Positions 33,401 through 39,400 of a DNA stretch of 64,000 nt are shown piece after piece. The translations under genes were made by a program, and so were the position numbers. The stretch comes from Ruegeria sp. 2205SS24-7 (GTDB lineage: Bacteria; Pseudomonadota; Alphaproteobacteria; Rhodobacterales; Rhodobacteraceae), in contig NZ_JAVAMO010000007.1 in assembly GCF_030758345.1 (NCBI RefSeq), positions 137,127 to 201,126 of the forward strand. The letters are read 5' to 3'. The notes under the pieces are model-generated. The model was not told the DNA's origin. It ran no database searches and saw nothing but the letters and a program-made list of their open reading frames with translations. Numbering within the stretch: the first letter of the stretch is position 1; each line of letters begins with the position of its first letter.

Positions 33401-36400
33401 TGCCCCGCGATACCCGCCTGATCGCCGCGATGCTTGGCATTCTGAAGGCGGGCGCGGCTTATGTCCCGGTCGATCCATCCGCGCCGGTCGAACGGGTTGC
33501 AGGGATGCTTGCCGATGCAGAATGCGCCGCGCTGATCACCGATGCGACCGCACCCGGCGGGCGGTGGGGGCTTGCCGACCGCACGCTCGTGCTGGACGAT
33601 CTCTCTGCCCGCGCCGCGACGCCTCCGAATGCTCAGCTAAGGCCCGACGACCTCGCCTATGTGATCTTCACCTCGGGCTCCACGGGGCGGCCCAAGGGCG
33701 TCATGATCGAACACCGGTCGGTCGCGGCGCTCGTCGCGGCGTTGCATCAGACGGTCTATGACGGATTGGAAGGCCAGCAGACCGTCGCGCTGGTCGCACC
33801 GCATATCTTCGACGCGTCGGTTCAGCAGATCTTCGCCGCGCTCTGCGGTGGGCACCGGCTCTTGGTGGTCGATGCCGAAACGCGCCGCGATGGGCGCGAT
33901 CTGATGGATCTTTTTGCACGCGAAGCGGTGACTGTCTCGGACGCGACGCCAAGCCTGCTGTCCCTGCTGCGCAATTTCGGTTTTGCGCGCCGCAACGACC
34001 TGTGCTTGCGCCATATCCTTGTTGGCGGCGAGGCGCTTGCGACGGGGCTTGCCCGCGATATCCTCGAAGCGCCCACCTGCCCGATGCTCAAGCTGACCAA
34101 TGTCTATGGTCCGACCGAAGCCACCGTTGACTGCACCGCGCTGACGCTTGCACACGCCGATCTGTCGGATGACGCGGTTGCAAGTATTGGCAGGCCGCTG
34201 GGTCAGGCGCAGTTGCTCGTGCTTGACTCATATGGTGAACCCGTCCCCGTCGGGACACAGGGTGAGATTCATGTCGGCGGACCCGGGCTGGCGCGCGGGT
34301 ATCTGGACCCGGCTCTGACGCGGGAACGGTTCGTGGAACATCCGGAATTCGACCGCCTCTACCGGACCGGTGATATGGGCCTTTGGGACGAGGATGCAAA
34401 GCTGCACTTCCTTGGGCGTCGCGACGATCAGGTCAAACTGCGCGGCTATCGCATCGAACTGGCCGAGGTCGAGTCCGGCCTGAGCAGGATCAAGGGTGTC
34501 CGCCACGCGGCCTGCATCCTGAGCGGTCAAGGCGAGACCGCACAGCTTCTGGGCTTTGCCCAATGCGCCACGCATGCACCAGCCGACCTGCGCCAGGCTG
34601 CAGCAGAGCATCTGCCGGACTATATGATACCTGCCGATATCATCCGGCTCGACGCTCTGCCGATGACGCCAAGCGGCAAGGTGGACCGTCTCGCTCTGGC
34701 GGCACTGGACCGGCCAAAAAGGCAACATGCCACCCATTCAACCGGCCCCGACACCGATCTCGAACATGCCGTCGCTCAAATCTGGGCGCGGGTCATGGAC
34801 CGCCCGATGGATGACATGCAGGCCGACTTCTTCGCCTGCGGCGGGCATAGCCTCGCCGCAGCGCAGTTGATCAATCTGGTGGAAGAGGCGTTTGCCGTCA
34901 CCGTTTCACTGCGCGCCTTCTTTGCCGAACCGACGCCCGCCGGGCTCTGCGCGCTGATCGAGGCCGCGCCGGATGCGCAGGCGGATCTACCGGCGCAGCA
35001 GGACGGAGACGGTCTGCTTTCACCGGCGCAGTACCGGCTCTGGGCCATCGACCAGATGCATGGGGACAGCGCGGGCTACGCCATGCCCGCCGCGTGGCGC
35101 GTCACCGGCGCATTCGATCCGGATGCCTTTGCGCGCGCAGCGGATATGCTGGTGTCCAGGCACGACGCCTTGCGCACGCGTTTCGAAATGCGCGCGGGCC
35201 GCCCCGTTCAGATCATCGATGCAGCAAGCCACGCAGATATAGCGATGGAGGAAATCGCGCCCTGCGACGACTCCATGGCCGAAGCGCTTGACCGATGCGC
35301 AAAAGAGGTTGCGTGCCCCTTCGATCTGGAAAACGGCCCATTGCTGCGCTTCCGCCTGTGGAGCATAGACGAACATAATCATGTTCTCTTCGTGAACGCG
35401 CATCATATCATCGTGGACGGCCAGTCGCTGGACATGATGGCGAGGGACCTCTGGTCAGCCTACGCATCAATCGCGGCAGGCAAGGCACCGGAACTGGGAC
35501 CCGACGCGCCCTCATTCCAGGACCATGTCGCAAAAATGCGCGCCCGGGCCGACGGGCCAAAAGCGCAATCGGACTTGCGCCGCTGGCAGGAGGTTCTGAC
35601 CCCCCTGCCCCCACCGCTTGATCTGCCGATGGACCAAACAAGGCCCCCGCTGCGCAGCCAGAGCGGCGCATCGCTCGATATCCCGGCGGCACAAAAAACG
35701 CAGGCCACTTTGGCTAAGGTCGCCAAAGCACAAGGCACAACGCCTTTTGCAGTGCTCACCGCTTTGAGCGCTTATGCAATGTATGCCCTCTCCGACCAGC
35801 AGGGCATGTTCATAGGGGTTCCGCTCTTGGGCCGCCCGGATCGGGACAGCCAGTCCGTCATTGGTCTTTGTACCGAGACCGTGCCATTGCGCGTCACGCT
35901 GGACCCGCATCAGACGTTCGGCGCGCTGCTCACACAGGTAAAGAGCAACCTTGCCGAGATGCTGGACCGTCGGGACTGCCCGTTCGACCGGATTGTCGAG
36001 GCGATCAAACCACCCAGCAGGCCGGACCGCTCGATCCTGTTCGACGTGATGGTCAGCTACCGCAGGACCGATCCCGAGGCCGCCCCTTGCGGGCTTGATC
36101 TGACGCCGTTGCCGTTGCCCGTGCAGGGCAGTCAGCTTGATCTGACATTGCTGTTCGCCGAAACGCCCGAGGCGCTGACGCTTTCGCTGCAATATGATGA
36201 TGCCCTGTTCGAGGCAGATCGTATTCGTGGCATCGGCAACTATGTCCTGTCGCTACTTGACCGGATCGCTGCGTTCATCGACCAGCCGATTGCAGCCCTG
36301 CCGCGGCCAGATGTGCGACTGCTGGCGGGACCGGTTGAGACAGCGCCAGCAGCCCTTGCGCCAAGCGGGTCTGCCCCCGGCTCCTGCGATAAGATGCTTG

Positions 36401-39400
36401 ATCTGTGGCGCGATGTTCTCGGTCAGGCCGAACTTGGCCCGGACGACAATTTCTTCGCTGCTGGTGGGCACAGCCTGACCGCAGCACGGCTGGTTCAGAA
36501 GGTCTATGCGGAGCTCGGTGCCGAGATTAGGCTGAGCGACGTGATGCGCAACCCGACCGCCGCCGCCCTTGAGAGACATCTGCAAGAGACGACACCCGAC
36601 CCGATCAACCCGGTAAAGCGCCTGCCGGAGGCTGCCGATTATGCTCTCTCGCCCGCGCAACGCCGCTTTTGGGTGCTTGAACAACTCGAAGGGCAGGAGG
36701 GCTATGGGCTGTTGCCCGGCGTGGTCGAATTGACCGGCGCGCTGGATCAAGAGGCACTGACCAGCGCTATCGACGCCCTGTGCAGCCGCCATGAAGCGCT
36801 GCGCACAGTAATTTTGACGGATGATACAGGCGTGCCACGTCAGCGCATCCTGCCCGACGGCGCAAAGCTCATCACAATAAATCTGAAAGGTTCCGATACC
36901 CCGGAAGCCGAGGCAGAGGCATGGCTAAGCCCGCTTTTGGCACGGCCTTTCGACATCGGGTCCGAAGCCCTCTTCCGCATCGGCCTCGCGCAGATCGGCG
37001 CTAAGCGGTTCCTTCTCGGCTTCTGCCTGCATCACATGATCGCCGACGGGTGGTCCATGGATGTCCTGATCCGCGATCTGTCGATGCTTTATGCCGCCGC
37101 TCGGGGCGACGCGACCGGGCTCCCGCCGCTGAAACGGCAGTACCGTGATTGCGCGGCGCATCAGATCACGCAGGCGGCGAACACTGCCGGTCTGGATTAC
37201 TGGCAGGCCAGGCTCTCCGGTCCCCCGCCCCGCCTGGACCTGCCCACCGACCGGACACGCCCGACGCGCCAGGATGTCAGCGGTGAAGTTATGTCGTTCG
37301 AGCTGGACCCCGCGCAGGCCGAACCGCTCTGGCGCATGGCGGAACAGCACGATACCAGTCTCTTTGTCATCCTCACGGCGGCCTTCCAGACGCTGCTCTA
37401 TCGCTATGCCGGGCAGACGGATCTGACACTCGGCACACCGGTGGCAGGGCGCGACCACCCCGACTACGCCGATCAGGTCGGGTTGTTCCTGAACCAGTTG
37501 GCGCTGCGCGTGGAAATTGACCCACAGGCCGGGTTCGCTACGCTGCTGAAGCGCACCGCAACGACGATACGGGAAGCGCTCGAACATCAGGACACCCCGT
37601 TTGATCTGGTTGTGGAGGCGCTTGACCTGCCGCGCGATCCAGCGCGCAGCGTGCTCTTCGATGCCATGATCGTCATGCAGGACCCGGATCATGCCGAGTT
37701 GACACTCGGCGACGTGCATGCGCAGCGCAAAACGCCGACGGCATCCGTCTCAAAGACCGATCTGACGCTCATTGCCGAACCAAGCGGTGCGGCGGTACGC
37801 CTGCATTTCGAATATGCGACGGCGCTCTTCGACCCTGACACAATTGCGCGGCTGATCGATACATTCGGCAAGATCCTGACCGAGGTAGCGGCCGATCCGG
37901 ACACGCCGCTGGATGCGCTCGAAGTCGCTCCCGCGCACGACCGGCAGTCAATGCTGTCCTGGGGTGGTCTCACGGGTGACCTGCCGCAATCCGACGGAAC
38001 CATTCTGGAGTACATCGCGAAGGCCGCCGCGCGCGCTCCAACCGCTCCGGCCACAAGCGACCGGACCCAAGCCCTGAGCTACGAGACCATCGTGCAACGT
38101 TCCGACCATCTGGCCCGGCAACTGGTCCAACGCGGGGTCGCCCCCGGCGCGAAAGTGGGTATCGAACTGGCTCGAGACGCTGACCTGCCCGCCGTGCTAT
38201 TGGGTGTTCTGAAAGCCGGAGCAGCGTTTGTACCGGTAGACCCTGTGCTCCCCGAGGCACGGTGCGATCTGCTCATTGCCGAGGCGGCTTGCGCGCTGGT
38301 TCTGTCCGGCAAGCCGGATGGAAAACAGCGGATAGATATCGAAATGCTACTGGAAGCGCCGGACACCAAACTGCCGCTGCCCGAAATCACTCCGGACATG
38401 CTGGCCTATGTTCTATTCACGTCCGGCTCGACCGGCAAACCCAAAGGCGTGATGATCGAGCATCGCGCACTTGCCGCGTTTTGCGGGTCCCTGCCGGATA
38501 CCTTCGGGTTCGGCCCCAAGGATCGGATCGCGGCGCTGACGAATATCAGTTTCGACATCTCGATACTCGAATTGCTTGGCGGGCTGACCCTCGGGGCCTG
38601 CGTGACCACCATTGACGGCGATGATGCCGCCGTGCCAGCGCGCACCCTGAAGGCCCTGCAGGAGCAGCGCGCGACAGTGTTGCAGGCAACGCCGACCCGG
38701 CTGGCCCTTCTGATGGACGAAGCCGCAAGCAACGGACCGGATGTGTTCGCACAAGGAACCGCGCTGCGCGCCGTGCTCACCGGCGGCGAGACCGTGCCGC
38801 AGCACCTGCGGGAGCGTTTGGCGCTGCTTGAGCACCTGAATGTCTACGAGGTCTACGGCCCCACCGAAACAACGATCTGGACCTGCGCCCGACCGGTCAC
38901 GGGCTCGGCCGCCGCCGATCTCGGTCGGCCCCTGCCCGGCGAAGGCCTCGCAGTCCTCTCCCCCGAAGGCGCATTGCAACCAATCAACGCTGCGGGAGAG
39001 ATCACTATATTCGGCGCGGGTCTGGCACGGGGGTATCTGGACGATCCCGAACGGTCCGCTCAGACCTTTCCCGCCGCTGGTTCGCCGATTGTTGGCAGAC
39101 GCTACCGCACCGGCGACCGCGCCCGTTGGAGATCGGATGGCCGGCTGGAATTTCTGGGCCGCACCGACAGCCAGATTAAGCTCAGGGGACACCGTATCGA
39201 ACTCGGAGAGGTGGAGGCCGTTTTGTCAGTGCAGCCCGATGTCCTTCAGGCTGCGGTCGAAGTGCGGGGCGCGGATACTGACGCGATGTTGGTCGCGCAT
39301 GTGACAAGCCGCGCCTTCGACAGACAGGCGCTGCTCGCAGTCTTGCGTAAGACGCTGCCCCCCGCGGCAGTGCCGGGCCGTGTGGTGATGCATGACGCTC

